DNA of 64,000 nt from Cyanobacteria bacterium auto_48_18 (GCA_036170915.1 JAVHQC010000035.1:32001-96000); one strand, 5' to 3'; counted from the stretch's first letter, positions 8,887 through 20,041 are shown. The notes: a model not told the origin generated them from the sequence alone. Program-made: numbers and translations.

Positions 8887-11367
8887 ATGCGCAAAAACAC
8901 TAACTGGTTCGCTCGCACTTTGGTTTTGCTTATGGCATTTGGCCTTACAACTCCGCCATACATGGTGGAAGCCAAAACCGGCGCGATTAATTCAACTGCT
9001 CCGATTGAAGACAAATGGGCGGTGATTATAGGCATTGGCGATTTCGTCGATCCCAGCATTCCGAAACTAAAATACTCAGCTAAAGACGCGCGTGACTTTT
9101 ACAATTATCTAGTTGACCCGGCGCAAGGAAAGTTTAAGCCAGACCATGTGCGCCTTTTGCTAGATAAAAATGCCACCAAAGTCAATATTATGGACGCACT
9201 GGGCGATTCATTTTTGCCTCATGCCGCCAACCCCAAAGATCTCGTCGTAATTTATCTATCTACCCACGGATCTCCAGCCGGAGCGGATATTCGCGGAGTG
9301 AATTATGTCGTTGCCTACGATACTCAAGTAAAAAAATTGTTCGCCACCGGCATCGAAATGAACCAGCTTCTGCGCATCATTAAAGAGAGAGTACACACCA
9401 ATCGAATGCTTTTGGTGATGGATACTTGCTACAGCGGGGCCGGCGCACGAGTGGGTCACAAGGGCATAGTTCGCACCAACATAGACGGCCATTCTGCGGC
9501 TCAAGGTGTTGGCTCGCTGGTAATTACATCAAGCTCTCCTGATCAAAGAGCATGGGAATCAGACGATCTTCACAACAGCTATTTCACTCGTTATTTCATT
9601 GATTCATTGAAAGAGACGGGCACTAAATCCAACAGTAACATTGAAGACGCCTTCAACATGATGCGCGCTAAAGTTCAAGCGACAGTGCTCAAAGATAAGG
9701 GCGAAATGCAAACACCGGTGATGGCTGGTGTTTTTTCAGGACCCAGCCTAAACATATCGGCACCACCCTCAGTGACTAGAGAAGCGCCCATTACCTTGCC
9801 TGCTGACGCCCTGGCGTCAGCTACACCAGGTTCAAGATCCATTGGTGGTGGCGGGCTCGATTTTTCCGCTTACGTAGAGCACGTGCGCCTGGGTAACCAG
9901 TTGGTGGAACAGAACAAAACCTGGGATGCCATCCACGAATTTGAACTAGCCACCAAAGCCAATCCTGAGACTATTGACGGTTACATTACCCTGGCCGAAC
10001 TTTACGACATGCAGGGCCGCACCAAAGAAATGCTTAACGCCGCCCGACGAGCGGTAATAAATGATGAAAGTTCTTCTAAAGGCAGAGAAATGCTTAGCCT
10101 TGCCAGTCTGCGCGACGGCAGCGTAGAAGAAGCTTTGCGTCAAGTGCAAATGGCCATTACTCTCGACCCGTTAAATTCAAGAGCCCATAATTTGTTGGGC
10201 TATATCAATGAGCACAAGTTCAACCGCGTTGATCAAGCTGAGCAAGAATACCGGAAAGCTCTCGAGATAAATGGCCTCAACACCAGAGCTTTGGTCAATC
10301 TTGGCTTACTTTTAGAGAAACACAATAGTGATTTAACCGAACCAGAGGCACTATTCCGCAAAGCAGTTGAAAGTGATGCAGACGACTGGGAAGCGCACCT
10401 TTCGCTCGGTCACCTGCTCCACGCCCGCAAGGGAAAACTTGAAGAAGCGGAGAAAGAAATTCGTAAAGCCATTGAACTGGCACCAGCGAACGCACGCATT
10501 CACAGTGAACTGGGAAATATTCTGGCCAAGGACAAAAAGCGTCTCGAAGAATCTGAAGTGGAATTGAAGAAAGGTATTGAACTTGGCGCTGACAAGGGAA
10601 CGCCACACTATCTGTTGGCCAACTTCTTGCTTAATCAGCGAGGACGCATTGACGAAGCTGAGCGCGAATATCGCAAAGCAATTCAGATGGATCCTAATTT
10701 TGATCAAGCCATGGTGGCACTGGCAGACTGTCTGGTGACTTACCGCAAAATTTATGATCAATCTGATGACCTTTACAAGCGTGCATTAAAAGTCAATGCC
10801 AAAAATGCAGCGGCCCACTTAGGCATAGCCCGAATACAAGAACTGCTCTTCAAGAACTTTGTCGCTGCTGAAGAAGAGACTCGCGCAGCTCTGGCCATTG
10901 ATCCACGTTATTCGCTGGCTCACGAAAGATTGGGAATTTTGCTTGAGAAATTAGGCAAGCCTGGTGACGCTAGACTTGCCTACCAGACTGCCATTGAGAC
11001 CGATCCAGAAAATGCCCGGGCGCATTTTTTACTGGCCATGCTCACCTGGGAACAGTTGCGTAAACCGCAAGAAGCAAAAAAATCACTTGAAGAAGCGATC
11101 AGATTACAGCCCCTCAACTCGACTTATATAACAGCCATGGGCAAATGGCTTTCATCAGAAACGAAACAATATAAAGAGGCCGAGGCTCTGTTTCGCAAAG
11201 CCAATGAAATCAATTTTGCCGATACCGAGGCTCACTATTTGTTGGGCATGCTACTGATTGAAAAACTTGGTCAACGCAAAGCCGGTGAAGCAGAATTGAA
11301 AACCGCCATCGATCAAAAACCTGACGACAAAGTCTACAAGGCCTCATATGAAAGGTTTGTGCACTAG
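8887..11367 (+). CDS. exported caspase-family (C14) peptidase with long TPR array
   Basis: Signal-like N-terminus; KWAVIIGI, STHGS (His) and MDTCYSG (Cys), QTPV; more than 10 TPR-like repeats. Confidence 0.9.
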   Translation: MRKNTNWFARTLVLLMAFGLTTPPYMVEAKTGAINSTAPIEDKWAVIIGIGDFVDPSIPKLKYSAKDARDFYNYLVDPAQGKFKPDHVRLLLDKNATKVNIMDALGDSFLPHAANPKDLVVIYLSTHGSPAGADIRGVNYVVAYDTQVKKLFATGIEMNQLLRIIKERVHTNRMLLVMDTCYSGAGARVGHKGIVRTNIDGHSAAQGVGSLVITSSSPDQRAWESDDLHNSYFTRYFIDSLKETGTKSNSNIEDAFNMMRAKVQATVLKDKGEMQTPVMAGVFSGPSLNISAPPSVTREAPITLPADALASATPGSRSIGGGGLDFSAYVEHVRLGNQLVEQNKTWDAIHEFELATKANPETIDGYITLAELYDMQGRTKEMLNAARRAVINDESSSKGREMLSLASLRDGSVEEALRQVQMAITLDPLNSRAHNLLGYINEHKFNRVDQAEQEYRKALEINGLNTRALVNLGLLLEKHNSDLTEPEALFRKAVESDADDWEAHLSLGHLLHARKGKLEEAEKEIRKAIELAPANARIHSELGNILAKDKKRLEESEVELKKGIELGADKGTPHYLLANFLLNQRGRIDEAEREYRKAIQMDPNFDQAMVALADCLVTYRKIYDQSDDLYKRALKVNAKNAAAHLGIARIQELLFKNFVAAEEETRAALAIDPRYSLAHERLGILLEKLGKPGDARLAYQTAIETDPENARAHFLLAMLTWEQLRKPQEAKKSLEEAIRLQPLNSTYITAMGKWLSSETKQYKEAEALFRKANEINFADTEAHYLLGMLLIEKLGQRKAGEAELKTAIDQKPDDKVYKASYERFVH

Positions 11368-11369
11368 AT

Positions 11370-11870
11370 ATGAGTACAGAAAAACCACAATATCGTTTTG
11401 ATGATTTCGATGATGACGAAGATGACGAAGAAAACCAGTACCATGAGGAGCTAGTCTTCGACCTGGTCTCACTAATTCACGCCTGGCAAGACGAAGCGCC
11501 AGATAACAACTATTATCTTGATACCAAAAATGGTGCGGTTAAGTTAGTCAATCAAAATCTCTATGATCTAAAGCAATTGACTGACGAAATTGAAAAACAT
11601 AAAGAGCGTTATTTGTATCTGCCTAAGCCAGGCCCACAGCAGTTAAAAGACGACCTCCGCGATTTTCAGAAAACCATCGAAAATAAGAGCCTGGTGCCAA
11701 TACTAGACATGGCTATTGAAAGTCCACATCCGCTGGCCGGATTCAATAAAGTGCTCTCATCCCATCCAGAGGAGCTCGAGCGCTTCAAAGAATTTAGAGA
11801 ATCGAGAGTACGGCTGCGCATCAGGCAGTGGTTTGAAGCAAACTCGCTTGTCGACCGCTGGGAAGTTTAG
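11370..11870 (+). CDS. UPF0158-like protein
   Basis: YYLDTKNGAV, ERYLYLP and IRQWFEAN patterns; acidic N-terminus; starts 2 nt after the caspase stop. Confidence 0.7.
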   Translation: MSTEKPQYRFDDFDDDEDDEENQYHEELVFDLVSLIHAWQDEAPDNNYYLDTKNGAVKLVNQNLYDLKQLTDEIEKHKERYLYLPKPGPQQLKDDLRDFQKTIENKSLVPILDMAIESPHPLAGFNKVLSSHPEELERFKEFRESRVRLRIRQWFEANSLVDRWEV

Positions 11871-11977
11871 AGCTTATATCAGTCACGGCTGCGTAGGAAG
11901 CATCGCGTCGTGTATGTACGTATTGCTAAGTTGCGAATCGGCATTAATATCAATATGCAGTCCAGAGGATTTTCTCA

Positions 11978-12847
11978 ATGGATCAAATTGATTCCCCGAA
12001 AGCATCAGCCAAAGAAACTGCTAAAGATTTTTTCGGCAAAGCCTGCGCCATTCAGCCGCAAGACAACGAACTGCCTGTTATAACCCGCAACTTTAGATCG
12101 CCGGGTTGCGATCTGCAAAGCTATCAATCGCCGCCGGCCAATGATGGCGACATGGATGCCCTTCAACTATATAGAGACTTACGGCCCAGTGTGGCTTATT
12201 TTAAGATGCAGGGCAAGACCGACGGCACCGGCAAAGAACAAGCTGGATTAGATAAAACCTGGGGCGGCAGCGGAGTGATTGCCGCTAAAGAAGAAACCAG
12301 CTGTTTAGTGATTACCGACGACCATGTCACTAAAGGTGTGCCGCAGCAACATGTTAAAGCTGGTGAAATCGGAGTCGTGTTGGCCAATGGCCAGAAATAT
12401 TTGGGCTCTGTGATCACTTCAGATCCGGCTCGAGATCTAGCTCTTGTAAAAATTGATACTGGCTCTGAAACAGAGAGCATTTGTAAACCGGCTAAATTCC
12501 ACGACACCGTTATAGACCCTGCGCAATCACCTGAGCTAATCACAATCGGACAGCCATATACTTCTGAGGCGATTTACACATCTACGGGTACCGCATCTCA
12601 AATGCAAAAACGAAGCTCGTTCAATACTATAATTCAGCCTCTACCTGGTGAAGATGCTAATCGAGACGTTCTGGTCAGCAGTCTCTCAATTCGTGAAGGT
12701 TTCTCAGGTGGAGCGGTTTTTGACAAAACTGGCACCGTGGTTGGTGTCAATGATTTTCATACCAGCCCCATGTCATCAGTATCCACTCCCGTTACCAACG
12801 AAACGGTGAAAGATTTGCTTTCCAGGCGAAATGATAAAAGTCCCTAA
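11978..12847 (+). CDS. trypsin-like (S1) serine protease without PDZ
   Basis: GGSG, ITDDHV, DLALVKI, GFSGGAVFD..G.VVGV. Confidence 0.85.
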   Translation: MDQIDSPKASAKETAKDFFGKACAIQPQDNELPVITRNFRSPGCDLQSYQSPPANDGDMDALQLYRDLRPSVAYFKMQGKTDGTGKEQAGLDKTWGGSGVIAAKEETSCLVITDDHVTKGVPQQHVKAGEIGVVLANGQKYLGSVITSDPARDLALVKIDTGSETESICKPAKFHDTVIDPAQSPELITIGQPYTSEAIYTSTGTASQMQKRSSFNTIIQPLPGEDANRDVLVSSLSIREGFSGGAVFDKTGTVVGVNDFHTSPMSSVSTPVTNETVKDLLSRRNDKSP

Positions 12848-12849
12848 CT

Positions 12850-13068
12850 TCAAGTACTGACGCTGTACTTGTTCAAAGAGTTACCAACACCACGCTCTGG
12901 CAGTGCAGGCCCACGCACCACTTTTATGGCTGACCAGGGCAAGTAAAGTGTTTCATTCTCTCGTCGTAAGCACAGATATGTGCCTTGATCGGCCATAGCA
13001 ACCTCACCATCAACCTGTTCACCGCTCATCAAGAGAACGGTTACTGCTGTATTCATGGGAATGGCCAT
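12850..13068 (-). CDS. small Sm/Hfq-like fold protein
   Basis: VTVLLMSGEQVDGEVAMADQ resembles Sm1; TLYLPWSAIKVV resembles Sm2. Confidence 0.55.
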   Translation of the reverse strand: MAIPMNTAVTVLLMSGEQVDGEVAMADQGTYLCLRRENETLYLPWSAIKVVRGPALPERGVGNSLNKYSVST

Positions 13069-13120
13069 CGATACTCCAAATCATCGCGAAGGGTGGCTGC
13101 TAAGTATAACTCAGAACGCT

Positions 13121-15314
13121 TTAGTGGCTCTGGCTTATAGGCTGCTCACCATTCTGCCGGGCTTTGATAGCTGCCACAGCCTCATGAGTGTTCATGTGCC
13201 CGCCGGAGCCGACATTCTGCCCGACTTCGTTTTGAGCATAACCGCTCAGACCCTGGCGAGAGGCTTCAATCATGGCGTTGATTTTGGGAGCAATGACGCC
13301 GATGGCGCTTTCAAGAGCACCTCTAGCAGCCAGGCAAGCAGCAAATCCGGCAAAGTTGCCACTGGTCAAACACTGGTTCATGGCTGCGACCACGTTGCCG
13401 TAGGCGCCGTAACAGGCACTGAGATCGCCGCCAGAAATAGTGGCAGGATTTCCAGCTTTGGCCGACAATGCACTGGCAGCACTGGACGCACTGGCCGAGG
13501 CTGAAGTTGCGGCCGCCTCTGAGGCTTGATATGCACCAGGAGAGGAGTTGGAGAGTCTCACACCATTAGAGAAACTAATATCACCGGTGGCGTTATCAAC
13601 GTAAGCTTTGCCGTTGAACAACTCAACGCCGTCAGGTGTAAACTTGAATGTTCCGTCAGTTCTCGAAAATTCGTGAGTCTCAGCATTATAAGTGGAAACT
13701 ACTTTTCCCTCTGCATCAAGTTCTTGCAGTCTCTTAGTAGGATCGTTATGGTCCATTCTGTAATTGGAAATCACTTTATCTTCAGCATCAGTGTAAGTAA
13801 TCTGCTGCTTACCGTCTGCTGCTTGCGTAGTGATTAACTTCTGCCCGGTAGTGGGATCAACACGCAACACGCTCGGTTACCACTTCGCCAGTAGTCGCGT
13901 CTCTTCGAATGCGCTCGTTGCCGCCAAATGAAATACCACGGCCATTAGGGTCTAATACTAACCCCTTAACTTCACGGCTCAACTCTTGAACTGTGCCCTG
14001 ACTGACCACATTGCCGTCTTTGTCTCGTCTAACAGCGCGGTTAGTTTTCGTGTCAAATTCATAACTGCCGCCGTCGTTGTTCAAGACTACTGCTAATCCT
14101 TCTTTGTTCATGGCAAATCTGGTGCCATTAGAAGAACCAATAATAGTACCGTTCTCAGCGTGCACAGCGCCTGTTCTGTTCCTTAGGAGCTCACGAGCCT
14201 CTCTGGCGGTTTTGAACTCCTGACCTATCTCAGTGAAGGCTTTGAAAGGTCCGAAAGTCTGGGCAATATTCTCACCTTCCATGTGAGTCGTAACGCCATC
14301 TTTAGTGATGGTGATTTTGTCTTTGCCGTGGCTTATGTACTCAGTACCGTCCTTAGTCCTGATAACCTGATCGCCATTTGCGAGACGGTCATAAGTAGTA
14401 CCTGACTTTTTATCCTCCATGTGGCTTTCTTTCGTCTTCGGATTCCAGAACGAAATAAGCTCATCGGTCTCATACTTGCGCTCTTTACCGCAAACTGTCG
14501 CCTTAGCGGAGCCGTCATAGGCGTCCAATCTAATTTTTTCTAGTTCTCCACTGGCAGTAGTGTCGGTGGAAATCTTCCACTTCGAATCTGTGGACATCGT
14601 TTTAACGTAGCTATTGAAGTCGAATGTGGTGGCCTCATCTAAAGCCATGTCAGCCTTTGAAAATAGGCCAGTAAACTTTTCTTTGCCCCAGCTCCAAGTG
14701 TTAGAGACTGTATCGCCCACACTGCTTGCGGCATCGCTAACCCAACCGAACAGGCCACCACCATTCTTAGCAGGTTCTGGAGTCAATTCAGGGGTCTTAC
14801 CAGCCACAAGAGTTTCTGGAGTTTTAGAAACTAACGAGACATCAGTTGTCGCAGCAAGATTACCCACAGTAAAGGCTGTCTTCTTAGCATCGTAACCAGC
14901 AATTGGCGCCGATAAATCTAGCAAGCCCTCAACTTTACTTGTAGAAAAAATTGGCTTAGTCACTTTAGATTCAGCAGTCTGGGCCGACTTATCTGGGGCC
15001 TTGATGCCAAACCAATAATTTCGCACTTCTTCTAAGGCATTCTCAGCCCAATTCTTGGCCTCAGCAGGCTCGTCTTTTTTAGCGTCTCCAGCCGGTTGAG
15101 TTGCGTCTGTCTTCTTCGCGTCTCCAGACGGTTGTGCAGCGTCTGTTTTCTTAGCATCACCGGTTGTGGCTGCGGCCTTTGTTGGGTCTTCTTTAACAGA
15201 ATCGGCTTTTAGCTTCTCCGCGGCGCCATCAGCAGCTTTTTTCTCAGCATCAGTTTCACCAGCCTTGGCTGGTTTGGTTTTGTCATCTACAACAGGCTTG
15301 GCAGCATCTGTCAT
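13121..15314 (-). pseudogene. frameshifted ~728-aa hypothetical protein (ORFs 13857..15314 and 13121..13870)
   Basis: 7-bp tandem duplication at 13858-13871; removing one copy fuses the ORFs in frame (..VVTERVDPTTGQK..). Confidence 0.75.
15075..15162 (-). repeat. intragenic 36-bp tandem repeat encoding GDAKKTDA(A/T)QP(S/A)
   Basis: About 2.5 copies visible in protein and DNA. Confidence 0.75.
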
Positions 15315-15632
15315 GATTTGGCGGAAACCCCTGAAACGTTGACGGTGCGAGTAAATTGGCTAGGGCCGGTGCTCGGAATGAACATCATCTGGTAAATGTG
15401 GCAATGCTGTGACCATTCTGAAGATAGCAAATACCCTTGTCAACGGTCGACTACGTATTTCTCCCACGCTTTTCTTCGTATTTCTCCCATCAAATGGGCA
15501 GAATTAATATTCCATATACCCATAAAACGTCACGAAGAACCGGAAAGCACATAAATGGAGGGCAAGAGCAGAAAAAGCGGGGGATTGCTATAGAATTGCT
15601 ACTACGGCATCAGATAGAGGTTTTCTGTATTT

Positions 15633-16538
15633 ATGGTTTTGTCTCGCTCACGCCGCGTGTATTCAGCTCTTGTTGCCGGGCTCGCCTTTACTTTTACGAC
15701 GTTCGCCCTCAGTGGCTGCCAGACAGTCAAGCTCTCCAACCAACCTGCTCACACCGGCGGCGCTAATCAGAATGCCGCCGCAGACACACCAGTGGCCGGC
15801 AATTGGCAGATATCTTATTCTGTGGGCAGCGAAACTCGCTCTGCTCATATGAACATCAGCCAGAACGGTACGTCTTTCCAGGGGCTGGGCACTGACGACA
15901 GCGACCAGCAAAATTTCGTCATTGATGCCGGCGTCATTAACGGCAAGTCAATCAGATTTCACAAGCGCTATCACGTTGACGAAAATCCTAATTTACCGCC
16001 CATTGTTTATATCGGTAATTTTGAAATGACTAAAGGGGCCGAATATAGCGGGCCCTACATGTCTGGCACTTATAAGGTAGTGAAAAACGGTCAAACTGTC
16101 GAAGGCCAGTGGGACGCCGAAATTGCAGGTGGTGGCGGTGTTACCGCAACACCCACACAACAACAGGCTCCACCACCAGTGAACAGCAACCACCGTCCGC
16201 ACCTATCTGGTAAGTGGGATGCCGGTTACGAATTCGAGTTCAAAACTGTGCGCTCCAGCATGTATTTGGAACAAGACGGCAATAAAATCACGGGTCACGG
16301 AATGGACCGGGCCAGCAAAGAAGCATTCAATATTAAGGGTGTCTATAAATATCCTGAAATCAAAATGTGGGTCAAATATTTGCCGGTAAAGGCCAGTGGC
16401 AAAAACAAGGCTAAAGGCGAGCGATCACTGGAATTTAGAGGCAAAGCTTCTGTAGTTAACGAAGCTGAATATCAGGGCACCAGGATGGAAGGCAAAACTA
16501 ATGGTGGTGGCATGTGGATGGCCGAACAAGTCAGGTAA
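15633..16538 (+). CDS. lipoprotein with two internally duplicated beta-rich domains
   Basis: Lipobox ALSGC; VAGNW..SQNG..G.G.D..AEYSG and LSGKW..EQDG..G.G.D..AEYQG halves. Confidence 0.75.
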   Translation: MVLSRSRRVYSALVAGLAFTFTTFALSGCQTVKLSNQPAHTGGANQNAAADTPVAGNWQISYSVGSETRSAHMNISQNGTSFQGLGTDDSDQQNFVIDAGVINGKSIRFHKRYHVDENPNLPPIVYIGNFEMTKGAEYSGPYMSGTYKVVKNGQTVEGQWDAEIAGGGGVTATPTQQQAPPPVNSNHRPHLSGKWDAGYEFEFKTVRSSMYLEQDGNKITGHGMDRASKEAFNIKGVYKYPEIKMWVKYLPVKASGKNKAKGERSLEFRGKASVVNEAEYQGTRMEGKTNGGGMWMAEQVR

Positions 16539-17527
16539 GCACTGGGTTTATTAGCCGGCACCAGCAGCGGTACCACAAGAAACTATCTCAATGTTGGCCG
16601 CAATTAGTGGCCTGTTTACTAGCGTGCCTTTCTATTTCGGCGCTTGCATGTGCTCTCGCTGCGCCCGTGGCAAAAAAGTACATAACCGTTTCGTTTCCCC
16701 GCGATAAGGCGCTGGCTGAGCTCATTGTTTACGATTTTGACGAAGAGAACCATCAAACCATTTCAAGACGCTCTCGCTTAATGGCTCAGGGCCAGGTCAA
16801 AATTCCTGCCAATTCGTCTATTGTAATGATTCTCACCTTCGACGGGCTGGAACACCTGAGCAGCCTCGAACAGTTAAGTGAGCAGGTAGCAGAACTTTCG
16901 GCAAGTAAGCTCGAACTAGAAGACAAACACATGCCGCACTTGAAAAAATTTCCCAAAATTCGGCGGCTCAATTTAAACGACGCGCTTATTACCGATAAGT
17001 CTCTGCCAATAATTGGAAATTTAAAAGAGATCAATGATTTACGCCTGAGCAGCACAGACGTCACTGGCACCGGATTTGGTGCACTGACCGGCCTGCCTTT
17101 GAAGGTAGTCAATTTAAGTGGAATTAGTTTGAAGCCGGGCACTTTGAGTAATATCAAAAGTCTGCCCGAGAGACTTACGGATCTCAACGTGAGCAAGACG
17201 GGCTGTACGGCTATAGACATGGCCTTTATAGGTCAATGCGCCAAGCTGACCAATCTCGATATCAGCGGCAACAAACAAATTGGCGACGGCTCAACTAAAT
17301 ATCTCATTAAGCTGACAAAACTGAAAACATTGCAGCTGCAAGATACTTCAATAACGGAAAAAAGCTTGCCACAACTAGCAAAGCTACCGTTTTTGAAAAA
17401 GCTTGTAGTACGCAATAGGAGCTTCTGGATTAAAGGCTTCGGTAAGTCGCCAAAAAGCACCCTGGCAATCTACGACGTCTCAACTTCCGGTAATTCTTCA
17501 GCCGATATGTTTGAGCCTCTTCATTGA
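16514..17527 (+). CDS. exported leucine-rich repeat protein (true start probably downstream)
   Basis: Repeated LxxLxLxxTxITD units; hydrophobic signal segment. Confidence 0.85.
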   Translation: MDGRTSQVSTGFISRHQQRYHKKLSQCWPQLVACLLACLSISALACALAAPVAKKYITVSFPRDKALAELIVYDFDEENHQTISRRSRLMAQGQVKIPANSSIVMILTFDGLEHLSSLEQLSEQVAELSASKLELEDKHMPHLKKFPKIRRLNLNDALITDKSLPIIGNLKEINDLRLSSTDVTGTGFGALTGLPLKVVNLSGISLKPGTLSNIKSLPERLTDLNVSKTGCTAIDMAFIGQCAKLTNLDISGNKQIGDGSTKYLIKLTKLKTLQLQDTSITEKSLPQLAKLPFLKKLVVRNRSFWIKGFGKSPKSTLAIYDVSTSGNSSADMFEPLH

Positions 17528-17532
17528 GATGT

Positions 17533-18786
17533 CTAAATTACACCCAGTTTTTTGCCTACTTTGGCAAAAGCACTGAGGGCTTTATCTAGGTCGGCCACTT
17601 CGTGAGCGGCAGAAATCTGCACACGTAAACGTGCTTCGCCGTTGGGAACAACTGGATACCAGAGACCACGAACATAGACACCTTCATCAAGCAACTGGTT
17701 CGACATATCCATGGCAGTGGCAGCTTCACCAACCATTACGGGCACGATCGGATGAATGCCTTCCAATATAGTGAAGCCCAATCGCTTCACTTCTTTTCTA
17801 AAGTAATCAGTATTCTGGTGCAATTTTTCTACAAGGCTAGTGTCTTCTTCCAACATATTGATTGCTTCTATAGCGGCACAGACAATGGCCGGCGGTAAGG
17901 AATTAGAAAAAGTATAAGGCCGAGATTTTTGGCGCAAGAAATCAACTAGATGCTTTTTGCCAGCAATAAAGCCACCAGCCGCTCCACCGAGAGCTTTGCC
18001 AAGTGTGCCTGAAATCACGTCTATTTTGCCGTGTACTCCACAGTGTTCAGGAGTACCACGTCCGCTGGCACCCAGCACACCGGTAGAATGCGATTCATCC
18101 ACAAATAAAAGAGCATCATTTGTTTTGGCTAGGTCCACAAATTCTTGCAGCGGAGCAAACTCACCTTCCATGCTGAAGACGCCATCTGTGGCAATAATTG
18201 AAAGTCTGTAGTCTTTAGCTTTGTCTTCGCTTATGGCGGTACGCAGTTGTTGAATATTATTGTGCTGATATGCTCTCAAGTCTGTAGTTTTAACGGCTAT
18301 ACGAGAAAGTCTGATACCGTCGATGATACTGGCATGATTGAGAGCATCTGAATAAATCACATCGCGATAATCACTGGCGCCCAGCTGGGCTCCTACTAAG
18401 GCGGCGAAGAAAGCTTCGTTGGCGGCAAAGCAAGAAGAGTGAAGAATAGCGGCTTCTGTGCCTAAAAATCTGGCCAGGCGCTCTTCTAACTCGAGGTGAA
18501 TTTTTTGAGTGCCGCAAATAAACCTTACCGATGCCAGTCCATAACCATGTTGATCAATGCCTTTGCGAGCAGCAGCGACAATGCGCGGATGATTAGCCAG
18601 ACCAAGATAATTATTGGATGCCAGCATAACTTGCTGACGGCCATTTGCCTGCACGAGGCCGCCTTGCACGCTGTCTACAGGCACTTCGTATTTATAGGTT
18701 TTAGCTTCCTTAGCCTGCTCAAGTTCTCGATCTAGAGCCTGATAAAGTGATTTCACTCCCAACTTTTTGGCTACGCTCTGGCTCAT
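17533..18786 (-). CDS. kbl: glycine C-acetyltransferase (2-amino-3-ketobutyrate CoA ligase)
   Basis: [44 protein letters not shown] at 18786 has an RBS, alternative start 18813. Confidence 0.95.
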   Translation of the reverse strand: MSQSVAKKLGVKSLYQALDRELEQAKEAKTYKYEVPVDSVQGGLVQANGRQQVMLASNNYLGLANHPRIVAAARKGIDQHGYGLASVRFICGTQKIHLELEERLARFLGTEAAILHSSCFAANEAFFAALVGAQLGASDYRDVIYSDALNHASIIDGIRLSRIAVKTTDLRAYQHNNIQQLRTAISEDKAKDYRLSIIATDGVFSMEGEFAPLQEFVDLAKTNDALLFVDESHSTGVLGASGRGTPEHCGVHGKIDVISGTLGKALGGAAGGFIAGKKHLVDFLRQKSRPYTFSNSLPPAIVCAAIEAINMLEEDTSLVEKLHQNTDYFRKEVKRLGFTILEGIHPIVPVMVGEAATAMDMSNQLLDEGVYVRGLWYPVVPNGEARLRVQISAAHEVADLDKALSAFAKVGKKLGVI

Positions 18787-18799
18787 TTTCCTAACCTCT

Positions 18800-20041
18800 T
18801 TATTTAGTTGCATCTTGAGGGCTAAATACCAATTTCATTTCTTTGCCGCTCACCAGCGACTCAAAGGCATTTTGATAATCATCAAGCGGATAAAGACCTG
18901 GAGCAATCACCCTCGAAAGTCGCTCCTGCAGCCCGTTATGATCTTCCTTAAGCAAGTTGAGCATAGTTTCCCAGGTGTCGAACATACGGCGACCAAAAAT
19001 GCCCTTGACGGTTACGCCTTTCCAGATGACACCGTTGGCGATATCAAAGTTCGCCAGGGGTTTTCTGGCAATGCCAAGCAAAATCACTAGGCCACCGTTG
19101 CGCACAATATGAAAAGCGTCTGTGTAAGCCGAAGGCGAGCCGGACATCTCCAGCACCACATCTACACCATTGGCTCCAGTTTCGTATTTATCAACGGCAG
19201 CGTAAAGTTTGCTTGAACCCTGGCCAACATCGAAACAATGACGAACACCAAAGTCAGCAGCTAATTTAAAGCGCCTGTCGACATCAGCGGCTTCAGTAAG
19301 ATAAATGCGCGAAGCACCGAAGTCTTTGCACAATGCCGCCGCCATTAAACCAAGCGGTCCGGCGCCGAGAATAGCAACTGATTTGCCTCGCACATCTGCT
19401 TCTGAAACAGTGTGTACTGCATTGCCAAAGGCATCGAGCAAGGCACCAATGCGGGGCGGAATAATGGAAGTGTCACCACCTTTACCAAGAAGAATGACAT
19501 TCTTGTAAGGTACAGTGACCGCTCGCGCGAAGCATCCATCTAAATGTACGCCTTTGACTTTTACTGATGTGCAAATGTGCTCGCTGCCAGTACGACATAG
19601 AAGACAATGCCCACAGGCCAGGTGCATTTCTGCGGTGACGTAATCGCCAACTTCTACACGCAGGTGATCAGGAGCAGCCTTGCTGCCGGCTTCAGCACCG
19701 TCACCCACTTCTTCTACGATGCCACAAAACTCATGACCGACAACAATGGGAGAATACTTAACCCCTTCTCCTATATAGCGTTTCATCTCATTGCGAATAC
19801 CTTCGTTTTGAGAACTGGCGAAAATGCTTTTGTCAGTACCGCAAACAGCAGTTGCGAGAACTCTGATTTTCACTTCGTCCAACTTCAATTGCGGCTCTGG
19901 ATGATCGCTCATCAAGGTCAGCCCATCGCGGTCTAAATCTTCTTTGATGAGACATTTCATGCCTTTGTTACCTTCTGCGTGTTTGTTACCTGAATCTTTT
20001 GCAAGAGCGTTCGCATCAGAAGTAGAACTGGTGGTGGCCAT
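18800..20041 (-). CDS. tdh: L-threonine 3-dehydrogenase (Zn-dependent)
   Basis: [32 protein letters not shown]; directly upstream of kbl. Confidence 0.9.
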   Translation of the reverse strand: MATTSSTSDANALAKDSGNKHAEGNKGMKCLIKEDLDRDGLTLMSDHPEPQLKLDEVKIRVLATAVCGTDKSIFASSQNEGIRNEMKRYIGEGVKYSPIVVGHEFCGIVEEVGDGAEAGSKAAPDHLRVEVGDYVTAEMHLACGHCLLCRTGSEHICTSVKVKGVHLDGCFARAVTVPYKNVILLGKGGDTSIIPPRIGALLDAFGNAVHTVSEADVRGKSVAILGAGPLGLMAAALCKDFGASRIYLTEAADVDRRFKLAADFGVRHCFDVGQGSSKLYAAVDKYETGANGVDVVLEMSGSPSAYTDAFHIVRNGGLVILLGIARKPLANFDIANGVIWKGVTVKGIFGRRMFDTWETMLNLLKEDHNGLQERLSRVIAPGLYPLDDYQNAFESLVSGKEMKLVFSPQDATK

